Of a stretch of 35,803 nt of DNA, positions 26,619-34,685 are shown in pieces; within the stretch, counting starts at the first letter, position 1; every line of letters starts with the position of its first letter. The notes beneath the pieces were generated by a model. The model was given only the letters and a program-made list of their open reading frames with translations, ran no database searches and was not told the origin of the DNA. The translations under genes and the position numbers were made by a program. This stretch comes from a virus. Taxonomy: Duplodnaviria; Caudoviricetes. The stretch lies in the IMG/VR virus record IMGVR_UViG_3300037743_000017, positions 1 to 35,803 of that record; one strand, 5' to 3'.

Positions 26619-27470
26619 GTGCCGTACGACTACAAGACGCACCTCACGTCCCCGAACCAGTCGGGACGTCGGCAGAAGAAGATCACGTCGATCACCATTC
26701 ACTGGTGGGGCGACCCGAACCACTTCGGTGACGCAGCTCGTGACGGCGACCCTGAACGGATCGCCGAGTACCTGTGCCGGAAGAACGGCACGTCCAGCGC
26801 CCACTATGTCGTCACGGCCGGTGAGGTCTGGTGCATCGTCGACCCGGACAGCATTGCCTGGCATGCCGGGAACTGGGCAGCGAACGAAACCTCCATCGGC
26901 ATCGAGTGCGATGCGGACCAGCAGGACGGTACCTACGAGACCGTAGCGGAGCTGATCGCGGAGCTTCGCGATATCTACGGGGACCTTCCTCTGGTTCCTC
27001 ACCGCCAGTGGCAGTCCACTCAGTGCCCTGGCCCGTGGGACCTGGAGAAGCTGGATCGCATGGCGCGCCAGATCCAGATGAAGAAGGACACTGGATCTGG
27101 GCTGGGTGGAGGTATGGCGAAGCCGCCCGCGAAGCAGAAGATCGACATCAGGCCCCTTCAGGGTGCGGTTCGCACATGGAAGGACAACATCTGGGGTCCG
27201 GACACGGACAAGCGCCTTCGCGCGGTGAAGTCCGCATCGCTCTGGTACGGCCCGCTGTTCCCCTTCCATGTGCCGTTCACGCAGTCCGTTGTGGGGACGA
27301 AGCCGGACGGGGTCTGGGGTCCGAAGTCACGCAAGGCGCATGACCAGACCGTGAAGAGAATCCAGAAGTCTCTGAAGAATCTCGGCGTGTATCACGGAGA
27401 GATCGACGGCATCTACGGTCCGCTGACGAATTCCGGGGTTAGCAGGGCTCGGGCGCTGTCTCGGGCGTGA
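26619..27470 (+). CDS. endolysin: N-acetylmuramoyl-L-alanine amidase with peptidoglycan-binding repeats
   Basis: ITIHWWG, SSAHYVV, AWHAGN, SIGIE, HR...T.CPG; three D.(I/V)(W/Y)GP repeats. Confidence 0.92.
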   Translation: MPYDYKTHLTSPNQSGRRQKKITSITIHWWGDPNHFGDAARDGDPERIAEYLCRKNGTSSAHYVVTAGEVWCIVDPDSIAWHAGNWAANETSIGIECDADQQDGTYETVAELIAELRDIYGDLPLVPHRQWQSTQCPGPWDLEKLDRMARQIQMKKDTGSGLGGGMAKPPAKQKIDIRPLQGAVRTWKDNIWGPDTDKRLRAVKSASLWYGPLFPFHVPFTQSVVGTKPDGVWGPKSRKAHDQTVKRIQKSLKNLGVYHGEIDGIYGPLTNSGVSRARALSRA

Positions 27471-27471
27471 G

Positions 27472-27489
27472 CATTTAACACGTTAAATG
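27472..27489. promoter_or_regulatory. palindromic motif copy 2
   Basis: CATTTAACACGTTAAATG, the exact reverse complement of copies 1 and 3, between lysin and holin. Confidence 0.7.
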
Positions 27490-27504
27490 GGGCAAGGAGG
27501 AAGC

Positions 27505-27675
27505 ATGAAGATGCCAAGCGCGAAGGTGAGGCGATGGCTGTATCGGGTCGCGAACGCTGCCGTGGCTGTCGTCGTCGGCTACGGGCTCATGGAAGGGAAC
27601 ATGGCAGCGGTGTGGCTCCTGCTCGTGAGCGCCCTGCTCGGTCTCGCGGACGCGAACGTTCACGAGGGGGAATGA
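27505..27675 (+). CDS. holin
   Basis: Follows the endolysin; two TM segments, RRWLY motif, MKM start, RBS AGGAGG. Confidence 0.8.
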   Translation: MKMPSAKVRRWLYRVANAAVAVVVGYGLMEGNMAAVWLLLVSALLGLADANVHEGE

Positions 27676-28052
27676 TCCAAGAAGTCACCCTGGACATCCA
27701 CAAGCAGTACTGGTGGACGAGCAACGCGGAGCGTCGGATGCACTGGGCTGTTCGCGCCGAGAAGGTGCGCATCGTCCGAGAGATGGCCCACGTTCGATCA
27801 CGGCGTCTGGAGCCCATGGAGAAGGCGGCCGTAACGGTGACTGCCTGCTATCCGAGCAGGCGTCACACGCAGGATGTGTCGAACATCGCTGGGACTGTGA
27901 GCAAGGCGGTGATCGACGGCATCGTCTCTGATGCCGGAGTTCTGCCCGATGATGACAGTGACCACGTCGTGGCGGTCACGTACCGACGTGGTCCCGACAC
28001 GGGGAAGCCTGGGTGGTACCGGCTGATCGTGGAGCTGCAAGCTGTAGAGTGA
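27672..28052 (+). CDS. RusA-like Holliday junction resolvase
   Basis: ATG at 27672. TSN..HW, D.SN....K..IDG and LPDDD acidic catalytic pattern. Confidence 0.78.
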   Translation: MIQEVTLDIHKQYWWTSNAERRMHWAVRAEKVRIVREMAHVRSRRLEPMEKAAVTVTACYPSRRHTQDVSNIAGTVSKAVIDGIVSDAGVLPDDDSDHVVAVTYRRGPDTGKPGWYRLIVELQAVE

Positions 28053-28090
28053 AGGGGAACCCGTGAGTTCGCTCATGGATTCCTCCTATG

Positions 28091-28130
28091 ACGAGACCCC
28101 CGCCCACATGCCCTGGCGGGGGTCTCGTTT
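28091..28130. terminator. hairpin terminator where the two arms converge
   Basis: 14-bp stem ACGAGACCCCCGCC / GGCGGGGGTCTCGT with a 10-nt loop, followed by a T-rich tail. Confidence 0.8.
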
Positions 28131-28142
28131 ACTTCTATTCGG

Positions 28143-28730
28143 TTATGTTCGTGCGGCTCGCAGGTTCGCTGCCGCGTTCTCCATGCGGACACGGAAGTGC
28201 CGGGGGATCGGTGCCGTGGAGGTGTCGAGGTCGCCCCAGACCTGAAGGATCTGGTTCGCTGCACGGACCAGATTGGCGCATGCCTCCTGTGCGGTAGCGA
28301 CCGCGCGGGCTCTGGTCTCCTCCTCGCGCTCGTTGCACACCGGACACCCCTCGTAGTCGGATGCATCTTCGCGGTGCTCCTCGCAGGTGAGGACCACCCC
28401 TCGCAGCCGCAGCGGCTCCCCGATCTCGTCTTCCAGAGAAGGCCCAAGTTCGGCGACGAGATCGTTCGAAGCCCGGTGCGCCCGGGAGGCCGCCTCCCGT
28501 GTCCTCTCCCACGCCTCTTCGAGGCTAATCCCGGGACGCTCAGAGGCCGCGAATGTGATCGGTCCACGCTCTGCACGAAACTCGGGCATCTCCAGTCGCC
28601 CGACGGCCGTGTAGCCCTCTGGCGGATCTACTGGAGGGAGTAGCCGCCTCGCCCGCTCGCGCGCACGGCTTATCGGGCCTGCCGACTCCTCGGGCCAGTA
28701 CAGGCTGCGGATCGCCGCCTCGTCACTCAC
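28143..28730 (-). CDS. hypothetical protein (CxxH/CxxC)
   Basis: 195-aa ORF at the end of the leftward operon; CEEH..CPVC. Confidence 0.65.
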   Translation of the reverse strand: MSDEAAIRSLYWPEESAGPISRARERARRLLPPVDPPEGYTAVGRLEMPEFRAERGPITFAASERPGISLEEAWERTREAASRAHRASNDLVAELGPSLEDEIGEPLRLRGVVLTCEEHREDASDYEGCPVCNEREEETRARAVATAQEACANLVRAANQILQVWGDLDTSTAPIPRHFRVRMENAAANLRAART

Positions 28731-28911
28731 GCAGTTCCCCCTCGTGGACGTACGCCTGACCGTCCGTTGCGTCCTTCCGCTTCACCCTCTCCTTGAAGCC
28801 ACGGCGGCGGTTCCAGTCGGATGCGATGTTCTGCGCCTCCTTCTTCGATACGCCGGTGGTGTGCTTCTGGTCCCACAGATCCGGGTTTCGGATGTAGACC
28901 CCGTAACTCAT
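28723..28911 (-). CDS. hypothetical protein (62 aa)
   Basis: ATG at 28911 just after the upstream stop; fills the operon gap. Confidence 0.6.
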   Translation of the reverse strand: MSYGVYIRNPDLWDQKHTTGVSKKEAQNIASDWNRRRGFKERVKRKDATDGQAYVHEGELRE

Positions 28912-28915
28912 CAGT

Positions 28916-29539
28916 TCACTTCCATCCATATCCGAACTGCTCCGCTCGCTCACGGAGCATCCACCCATCCGAGTGATTGTTGATCTCCTGCCGTGTGACC
29001 TCACGTTTCGCGGGGCCAAGGTTCGTGTTGGCCTGCGCTCCGACCTTCACGAGCATCTGTTCCAGGGTGACTAGCCCGATGTACTTCCCTACTGCGTACT
29101 CGATGGACCTGCGCGCTTCGGCCTCTACCCCATCCGCTCGCAGGATGCGGTGCTGCACCCGTTCGATCGGAACATCCCACAGCGCGGCCCATCGGATTGC
29201 TCGGCCTAACTGGTCCTCCCCGTCCCTGATGGGCGGGCAGTACTTCAGGGCGTACTGCTCGTACGGTCCGACAGGGCTGGCGAGGAACCCCCGAGCGAGC
29301 ACCGAGCGGACGACGCTGTAAGGGTCCCTCATGATGCGCAGGACGCGCGTAGACGGGTCCAGAGAGTCCAGGTGGGGGATCGCCAGCCAAGACGACTCCC
29401 CGCCCCTCATAGGGCCTTTCTTGGCAAGGTTGAACTGACCCTCATGCGTGCAGGCGAAGCCGAGCAGGGTGAACAGATCGGATGCCCATGCTGTACCAGA
29501 TCGACCACACCCGGTAATCAGGAACTTCCGATCCGTCAC
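28916..29539 (-). CDS. sulfotransferase-like P-loop protein
   Basis: GTG at 29539 (GTGA overlap, GGGAGG). FLITGCGRSGT, HE and R.P..VVRS resemble PAPS-binding motifs. Confidence 0.65.
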   Translation of the reverse strand: MTDRKFLITGCGRSGTAWASDLFTLLGFACTHEGQFNLAKKGPMRGGESSWLAIPHLDSLDPSTRVLRIMRDPYSVVRSVLARGFLASPVGPYEQYALKYCPPIRDGEDQLGRAIRWAALWDVPIERVQHRILRADGVEAEARRSIEYAVGKYIGLVTLEQMLVKVGAQANTNLGPAKREVTRQEINNHSDGWMLRERAEQFGYGWK

Positions 29540-30186
29540 GACCCTCCCCCGTAGATCTTCCGGACCTGAGACGGCTTGCCAGAAGTGTTGGAACCATGCC
29601 AATTCCAGGTCCAGGTCCGCTGTGCCAGGTGCTCGAACTTCGCTCCAGCGTCCACCAGACGTAGCCAGAGAGCCCAGTCCTCGCAGTCCTCGTGAGGCCA
29701 CTCCTCGCTACCAGGAACGGGGAATCCTCCCACCTCGTACAGCAGTTCCGAACGGACAAGCGCCGTGACCGGAATGAAGTTGTTGATCTTCAGAGCCTCC
29801 GGGTCGAACTCCTTCCCGAACGTGGTGCCACCACGCATCTTCAGCGGGTCGAGGTCATTCCGGATCTGGCCGTGGAGCTGGATGTTGAACCACGGGTAGA
29901 CCACGTCGGCCCCGGTCTTGCCCGCGTGCTCCAGGCACGCGGGCAAGTGCTCGGGAAGGAACTCGTCGTCGTCATCCAGGAACGCGATGTACTCGGCTGG
30001 TTCTCCCGCCTCGCGGGACCACTCCAGTGCTCGGTTCCGGGTTGCCGCCGCGCCGAGACCTTCGTTGTCGATCTCTGTCCAGACCCCCATATATACGTCG
30101 CCGTGGTCGCGGGTGGACCGAACTGCTCGTGCCAGAAGTTCGTGCCGTTCCGGGATGGACGGGATGATGACTCGGACATCCAGCAT
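29536..30186 (-). CDS. glycosyltransferase family 2
   Basis: ATG at 30186. VIIP, GAAATRN, IAFLDDDD, VGGF, EDWALWLR. Confidence 0.9.
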   Translation of the reverse strand: MLDVRVIIPSIPERHELLARAVRSTRDHGDVYMGVWTEIDNEGLGAAATRNRALEWSREAGEPAEYIAFLDDDDEFLPEHLPACLEHAGKTGADVVYPWFNIQLHGQIRNDLDPLKMRGGTTFGKEFDPEALKINNFIPVTALVRSELLYEVGGFPVPGSEEWPHEDCEDWALWLRLVDAGAKFEHLAQRTWTWNWHGSNTSGKPSQVRKIYGGGS

Positions 30187-30791
30187 CAGACGGCCCTCCC
30201 GAACAGGGAGAAGCCACGCGGCGTGTTGAACGGGACACCCACGAACCCAGAAGACTTCGCCTTGTCGTGCATGGTCTTCGAGAACTTCGGGTACTTCGTA
30301 CCGTTCGGGTTCCCGCAGTCGTGTACGCAGATCACCCCACCAGGAGCGAGCAACTTCACTGCCAGGTCCCACTCCAGTGGCCGAAGGTCGAAGAGCGAGT
30401 CCAGGAAGATGAGACCGAACGTGGCACCCTCCTTGACCAGGTTCTCCATGCCTTCGATGCTGGATTCCCGCCGCACCTCCACGTTCGACAGGTACTTCAC
30501 CCGGTCTCGGGTAGCCTTCACCCGCTCGGGATTGATCTCGAACGAGATGAGACGGGTTCCAGGGACCTCCGCCAGGGCTGCGCCGATCTCCTCCGTGGAG
30601 TAGCCCCACGCAGAACCGGTCTCCAGGGCATCGCTCACGCGCATCATGCGGGCCAGCGCGCCAAGGAACTCGATCACCTGAACTTCCGTGCTGTCGGTGT
30701 CGTACGCGGTCCAGTGCCCAGGGTTCTTGCAGTCCTCGCGCTCCGTAGTGAACTCGGACTCCAGCACCGTAACGCCAGTCGACTTCGTCAT
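30186..30791 (-). CDS. class I SAM-dependent (O-)methyltransferase
   Basis: LETGSAWGYST, ISFEIN, LIFLDS, LAPGGVICVHD. Confidence 0.88.
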   Translation of the reverse strand: MTKSTGVTVLESEFTTEREDCKNPGHWTAYDTDSTEVQVIEFLGALARMMRVSDALETGSAWGYSTEEIGAALAEVPGTRLISFEINPERVKATRDRVKYLSNVEVRRESSIEGMENLVKEGATFGLIFLDSLFDLRPLEWDLAVKLLAPGGVICVHDCGNPNGTKYPKFSKTMHDKAKSSGFVGVPFNTPRGFSLFGRAV

Positions 30792-30803
30792 GTCTTTCCT
30801 TTC

Positions 30804-31304
30804 TCAGCGCTGCGCCATCATGAGCCACGCTTCCAGGCGTGCGGCTGCGATCTCTGGAGTGTGCCCGTCGTACGGGGGGGCCATATCCACCTCTGGGATG
30901 TCGAACAGGTCCCACAGGTCGTCACGGTAGTGGTTGCTCACCTGACCGGTGGGGAGCTGTGCCGTGACGATGAATAGGCCCTCCAAGCTCTCTCCGTCGT
31001 GGTGCTTGCGGGACTTCACCACGTCGATCCCGGCCCCGTGCCAGGCGTCGGCCGCTGCGGCGTTGTAGAGGGCGCGATACCGGTACAGCTCATCCATCGT
31101 GTGGTACTTGTCCCGCTCGACGGCGATTGCCCGCTTCGATGAGACGACGGTGCATAGCCCGTTCTCTTCGCGGATCGTGTAGCGCACGGGAACCTTCGGT
31201 GTGGGCTTGTGAATCTTCTCCACCACCCCGACCCGCAGTTCGGATGTGTTCCGGTGCTTCACTGCTGCGGCGATCTTGTCCCCGACCTTGATGTCATTCA
31301 CCAT
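30804..31304 (-). CDS. WDGH-like domain protein with SH3-like N-terminus
   Basis: YHTMDELY.YR, KS..HHDG, LPTGQVSNHY, WDLF, YDGHT. Confidence 0.7.
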   Translation of the reverse strand: MVNDIKVGDKIAAAVKHRNTSELRVGVVEKIHKPTPKVPVRYTIREENGLCTVVSSKRAIAVERDKYHTMDELYRYRALYNAAAADAWHGAGIDVVKSRKHHDGESLEGLFIVTAQLPTGQVSNHYRDDLWDLFDIPEVDMAPPYDGHTPEIAAARLEAWLMMAQR

Positions 31305-31509
31305 TAGATTCCCCCTTCACTAGTTCCTGGTAGGCGCGAGCTGCATCGTTGTGCTCCTGCTGCGCCCTGGAGAGCATCTCCCGTGCGAACTTCAGCGCCC
31401 CGTCCGCTGCGATGAATCTGTCGCGTGCTCGGTGCTCGCGCTCTTCACGCTCGCGCTGTCGCATCTTCGCTTCGATGAAGCGGATAGATTCCGGGTCTGG
31501 TTCAGTCAC
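31294..31509 (-). CDS. hypothetical coiled-coil protein
   Basis: GTG at 31509 after GGAGGA, overlapping the upstream TGA. Confidence 0.6.
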   Translation of the reverse strand: MTEPDPESIRFIEAKMRQREREEREHRARDRFIAADGALKFAREMLSRAQQEHNDAARAYQELVKGESNGE

Positions 31510-31778
31510 CAGCGTTCCTCCTCTGGCGTCCGGTACCAGCACGAGAATTGCCCCTTGTGGTTGATCCGGCTGAGGCACCCGTGGTTGCAGGCGCAGCGCG
31601 GGTTAGCCATCAGATCGTCGATCTCTTCCTCGATCTTCTCGACTGCACGCATGGCTCGCTTCCAGCGTAGGAAAAGCTCGCTGGGCATCTCGACTCTCGG
31701 GTAGCCATCCGGGTGATCGCTGAACACTCTGGGGATGTAGTAATCCCGCTCCTCCGATTCGAGGATGTAAAGGCCCAT
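31506..31778 (-). CDS. hypothetical protein
   Basis: TAATG coupling with the upstream gene, RBS GGAGGAG. Confidence 0.65.
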   Translation of the reverse strand: MGLYILESEERDYYIPRVFSDHPDGYPRVEMPSELFLRWKRAMRAVEKIEEEIDDLMANPRCACNHGCLSRINHKGQFSCWYRTPEEERW

Positions 31779-32287
31779 TACTCCTCCAGCTTCTTCAGGA
31801 ACACTTCCATCGCGTCGTCCACGGTCGGGCCTTCCTCGTCCTCCGGGTCCTGAAGCGACTTCAGCAGGTCGCAGTCGGCCCAGGAGAGCACGTCCACCAG
31901 GGCCTCGCGGAGCTGAGACTTCGAGAAGGTGACGATGTCCTGCGGTCCGAGGCTGAACGTCCTGTCTCGGCCATCACGGTCCATGCGGACAGATGCCTCA
32001 GCCTCGGCAACAAGGAGGGCGTTCTGGACCCTGGAATGCTTCAGCCGTTCCAGGTCGCGCATGTACCCGGCCTCGTGGAGGAGCCATGTCGTGGTGGGGA
32101 TGCTCGTGAGCCAGCACAGGCGCAGCGCCGTCGTGTGCCCCACGTGAACCTTCCCCTGGATGATCCGGCGAACGTGGTCCTTCCCGTACTGCATCTCCTC
32201 GGCCGCCTCTGCCAGGCTCATGCCCTTCTCCTCCATCCACTCCTGGAGGTAGGCACCTGGTGGCTTCGCGTAGTTCGTCTCGGTCAT
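31778..32287 (-). CDS. XRE/HigA-like helix-turn-helix protein
   Basis: ATG at 32287 after AGGAGG. PPG.YL.E....GMS..EAA..M......RII.G......ALRL....W pattern of HigA antitoxins. Confidence 0.8.
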   Translation of the reverse strand: MTETNYAKPPGAYLQEWMEEKGMSLAEAAEEMQYGKDHVRRIIQGKVHVGHTTALRLCWLTSIPTTTWLLHEAGYMRDLERLKHSRVQNALLVAEAEASVRMDRDGRDRTFSLGPQDIVTFSKSQLREALVDVLSWADCDLLKSLQDPEDEEGPTVDDAMEVFLKKLEE

Positions 32288-32298
32288 GGTTCCTCCTG

Positions 32299-32574
32299 TT
32301 ACAGCCCGTCCTTCTGACGGGCCTCCTCTGCGTGCTGAAAGCACAGAAGGGTCTCTGATCCCTTCGTGATGCGCCGGAAGGCGGCACGGTTCGGAGCGTG
32401 GGTGGGTTCCTTCCCCCACTTCGCTGCGATGTCAGCCACGCAAGCGTCACAGTGGATCACCAGGTTCTTCACCTTGTAGCGCCGGTACTGCACGCCCTTG
32501 ATCTCCTGCTTCGGCGGATCGTGCCGCTTCGGCTTCTCTGGCATGAACTCCAGAGTTGGCTGCTCGTGCTCCAT
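32299..32574 (-). CDS. hypothetical Zn-binding protein
   Basis: ATG at 32574 after GGGAGG; CDAC..LCFQH. Confidence 0.65.
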   Translation of the reverse strand: MEHEQPTLEFMPEKPKRHDPPKQEIKGVQYRRYKVKNLVIHCDACVADIAAKWGKEPTHAPNRAAFRRITKGSETLLCFQHAEEARQKDGL

Positions 32575-32593
32575 GCCGCCTCCCGGCACCTTT

Positions 32594-32755
32594 CTAGTTG
32601 CAGAACTGTGGGTCGGTTCCCCGGCAGTCCTTGCAGAACAGTGGCTTCTTGCGCCTGCCTGCATTCAGCTCTCGGCCACAGCGGCCACAGTGGACTTTCG
32701 TCCGGGAGCCGAGGCGCCCTACGTTCGTGCCCTGGATCTCCCGGTTGACTCTCAC
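32594..32755 (-). CDS. small C4 zinc-ribbon protein
   Basis: CGRC..CKDC; start uncertain (GTG at 32755 chosen). Confidence 0.55.
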   Translation of the reverse strand: MRVNREIQGTNVGRLGSRTKVHCGRCGRELNAGRRKKPLFCKDCRGTDPQFCN

Positions 32756-32757
32756 GG

Positions 32758-32859
32758 CTACTTCACCTTCCCGCATCGAACGCAGACCATGGCCTGGTTC
32801 CCTTTCTCGTCCAGGCTGAGGGCATACACGTGCCCCTTCCATGGGGGACACCAGACCAT
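32758..32859 (-). CDS. 33-aa hypothetical peptide
   Basis: MVWCPPWKGHVYALSLDEKGNQAMVCVRCGKVK* fits exactly between its neighbours; C/H/CxxC. Confidence 0.5.
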   Translation of the reverse strand: MVWCPPWKGHVYALSLDEKGNQAMVCVRCGKVK

Positions 32860-32860
32860 G

Positions 32861-33292
32861 TCAGCCGTCCCCCTCAATGTCGCCCGATGTCTCCAGGTCG
32901 AAGTCGGGCAGCACGGTCTCCGGCTTGATGATGATGCGTGTGTGGTAGACGTCCACGTCGATCGGGTCGAGCTGGGTGGACTGGTACATCCCGTTGTCCC
33001 CCAAGCCCGTGTAGTGCTTGCGGTAGTCGCTCTCCCCGTGCTTGCAGGTGACGATGAGCGTCTTGCTCTCCCGCTCGATGGAGCAGCGGCCCTCGGTCTC
33101 GAATGTCACCTCGTTGGTGAAGGTGTTCACGACCGTGATCCGGCGTTGTACCTCGAACTGCTCGGCGGCCGTGGACAGGTTCTGGGACGCCCTGTCGGCG
33201 TCGCTGGTGCAGCCTGCGGTGGTTGCCAGGATGAGACCGGCGCTGGCGGCCCAGGTGCCGAGGGTGGTCAGTGCGGTGCGTGTGCGGTTCAT
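32861..33292 (-). CDS. lipoprotein
   Basis: RBS AAGGAGG; signal peptide with lipobox TAGC; AS.NLS..A.QFEV.RRI motif. Confidence 0.8.
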   Translation of the reverse strand: MNRTRTALTTLGTWAASAGLILATTAGCTSDADRASQNLSTAAEQFEVQRRITVVNTFTNEVTFETEGRCSIERESKTLIVTCKHGESDYRKHYTGLGDNGMYQSTQLDPIDVDVYHTRIIIKPETVLPDFDLETSGDIEGDG

Positions 33293-33333
33293 GATTCCTC
33301 CTTGTGTTCATCCGACATGTAGCCGGAAGCTGG

Positions 33334-34266
33334 TTACCGCTTCACCTTCCGCACGTCCATTCGGTCGGTGGCGGAGCGCGTGAAGCTCTCAACCTTCGTC
33401 TCGTTCATGTGGGTCCACGAAACCGCGTACTCCCCGGTCGAACCGGAGACACCGTCCAGCTCGTACTTCGCGGACTTCATTAGCGAGTTGCCCTGCCGCA
33501 CCAGCTCGCGGCCATCCACGTACCGCTGCACGGCGTCGAGCTGGCCCGGATCATCGATCACCCCTGACGGGTTCCTGTCGCCACGGCAGGTCTGGAAGAA
33601 CGGGCAGTGGACGCACCAGGTCAGCGGCTCATCCTTCGGCACGTCCTCCACGCCGTTGATGACCCCGTACTCCACGTCGTCAAGGCGCTGGTCCACTTCG
33701 GCCAGGATTGCATCGCACTCGAACGGCTCCATCACGTACACGTACATGGAGTCGTCCTTGCCGGACCGGTCCACGTAGACCAGGGCTGCGCAGGCGTTCG
33801 GGTGCAGTTCGCCTGCGTCGATCTTCGCTTTCCGGTAGCCCGAAACCTGCGCCTTGTTCTTGAACGACGGGCCGTCACGACGCACCACATCCAGGCCGTC
33901 CACGGTCTTGATGTCCCAGATGTGCTCGCCCGTATTGACGTCGAGGTGTCCTGGCACGACGCGACCGGACGGCAGTGTGAGTTCCACGGTCTGCTGCGTC
34001 TCGTAACCGAACTGCTCGTGAACCGCGCTCTCCATCCGGTCACCGACAGCAGAGCCGATGAAAGCTGGCAGCTTGATGTCGCCGCTCGGGTCGTCGTACG
34101 GCTGCTGCGTGATCATGCGCGCCAGGTAGGACCGGCATGCCCCGATCTCGCTGATACCGATACGGTGCTCCGCCTGCTGCCGCGACCGATCCGACCCCAT
34201 GGTGTGGGAGCGGATCGCTTCGCGGACCTCATCTGCGATGCGCTGCGCCACCTCTTCGTTGCTCAT
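33334..34266 (-). CDS. Cas4-like PD-(D/E)XK exonuclease
   Basis: ISEIGAC, GHLD, DIKT, Q...Y and CVHCPF...C give a four-Cys pattern; ATG at 34266. Confidence 0.82.
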   Translation of the reverse strand: MSNEEVAQRIADEVREAIRSHTMGSDRSRQQAEHRIGISEIGACRSYLARMITQQPYDDPSGDIKLPAFIGSAVGDRMESAVHEQFGYETQQTVELTLPSGRVVPGHLDVNTGEHIWDIKTVDGLDVVRRDGPSFKNKAQVSGYRKAKIDAGELHPNACAALVYVDRSGKDDSMYVYVMEPFECDAILAEVDQRLDDVEYGVINGVEDVPKDEPLTWCVHCPFFQTCRGDRNPSGVIDDPGQLDAVQRYVDGRELVRQGNSLMKSAKYELDGVSGSTGEYAVSWTHMNETKVESFTRSATDRMDVRKVKR

Positions 34267-34454
34267 GCCTTCCTCCACTTGCCCTCTTGGACTAGGCGAG
34301 CAACATACTGCTCGGGTAGGACAAGAGCTTCGCCCCTGGATGCGGTTCGTGGGTCCTGCATCCGCACCACTCCACGCCTATTCGAGGTGATGGTCAGCTT
34401 GGCCTGGACGGCTCCTCTCGGCTCGATGACCTCGAACTTGGTGCCCTTCCTCAC
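34263..34454 (-). CDS. hypothetical protein
   Basis: Coupled by 4-nt overlaps on both sides. Confidence 0.6.
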   Translation of the reverse strand: MRKGTKFEVIEPRGAVQAKLTITSNRRGVVRMQDPRTASRGEALVLPEQYVARLVQEGKWRKA

Positions 34455-34651
34455 CTGTGCTCCTCGATGTATCCGATTGCCGTGTAGATCCTGTGCTTCA
34501 CAACGTCCAGGACTTCGTCACGGGGCATCTCGATCCAGTCGGTGTCCCACTCATCCGCCTTGAAGCCCATGCACCGCATGAGGACACTGCTTGCTGCTGC
34601 GACCCGACCGAGCGCCTGCTTGTCCGTGATCCGATCTCTCGTCGTGTCCAC
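34451..34651 (-). CDS. hypothetical protein
   Basis: GTG start just downstream of palindrome copy 3. Confidence 0.6.
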   Translation of the reverse strand: MDTTRDRITDKQALGRVAAASSVLMRCMGFKADEWDTDWIEMPRDEVLDVVKHRIYTAIGYIEEHR

Positions 34652-34659
34652 GATCCCCC

Positions 34660-34677
34660 CATTTAACGTGTTAAATG
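34660..34677. promoter_or_regulatory. palindromic motif copy 3
   Basis: CATTTAACGTGTTAAATG, identical to copy 1; intergenic. Confidence 0.7.
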
Positions 34678-34685
34678 CCCGGTCC

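Noticed and set aside
29536-30915. 459-aa GT2 as listed in the ORF track
   Set aside because: The N-terminal 243 codons overlap the methyltransferase out of frame; the real start is the coupled ATG at 30186.
33334-34266. CRISPR-Cas system implied by the Cas4-like gene
   Set aside because: Solo Cas4-like nucleases near ERF are ordinary phage recombination genes; no array or other cas genes are present.
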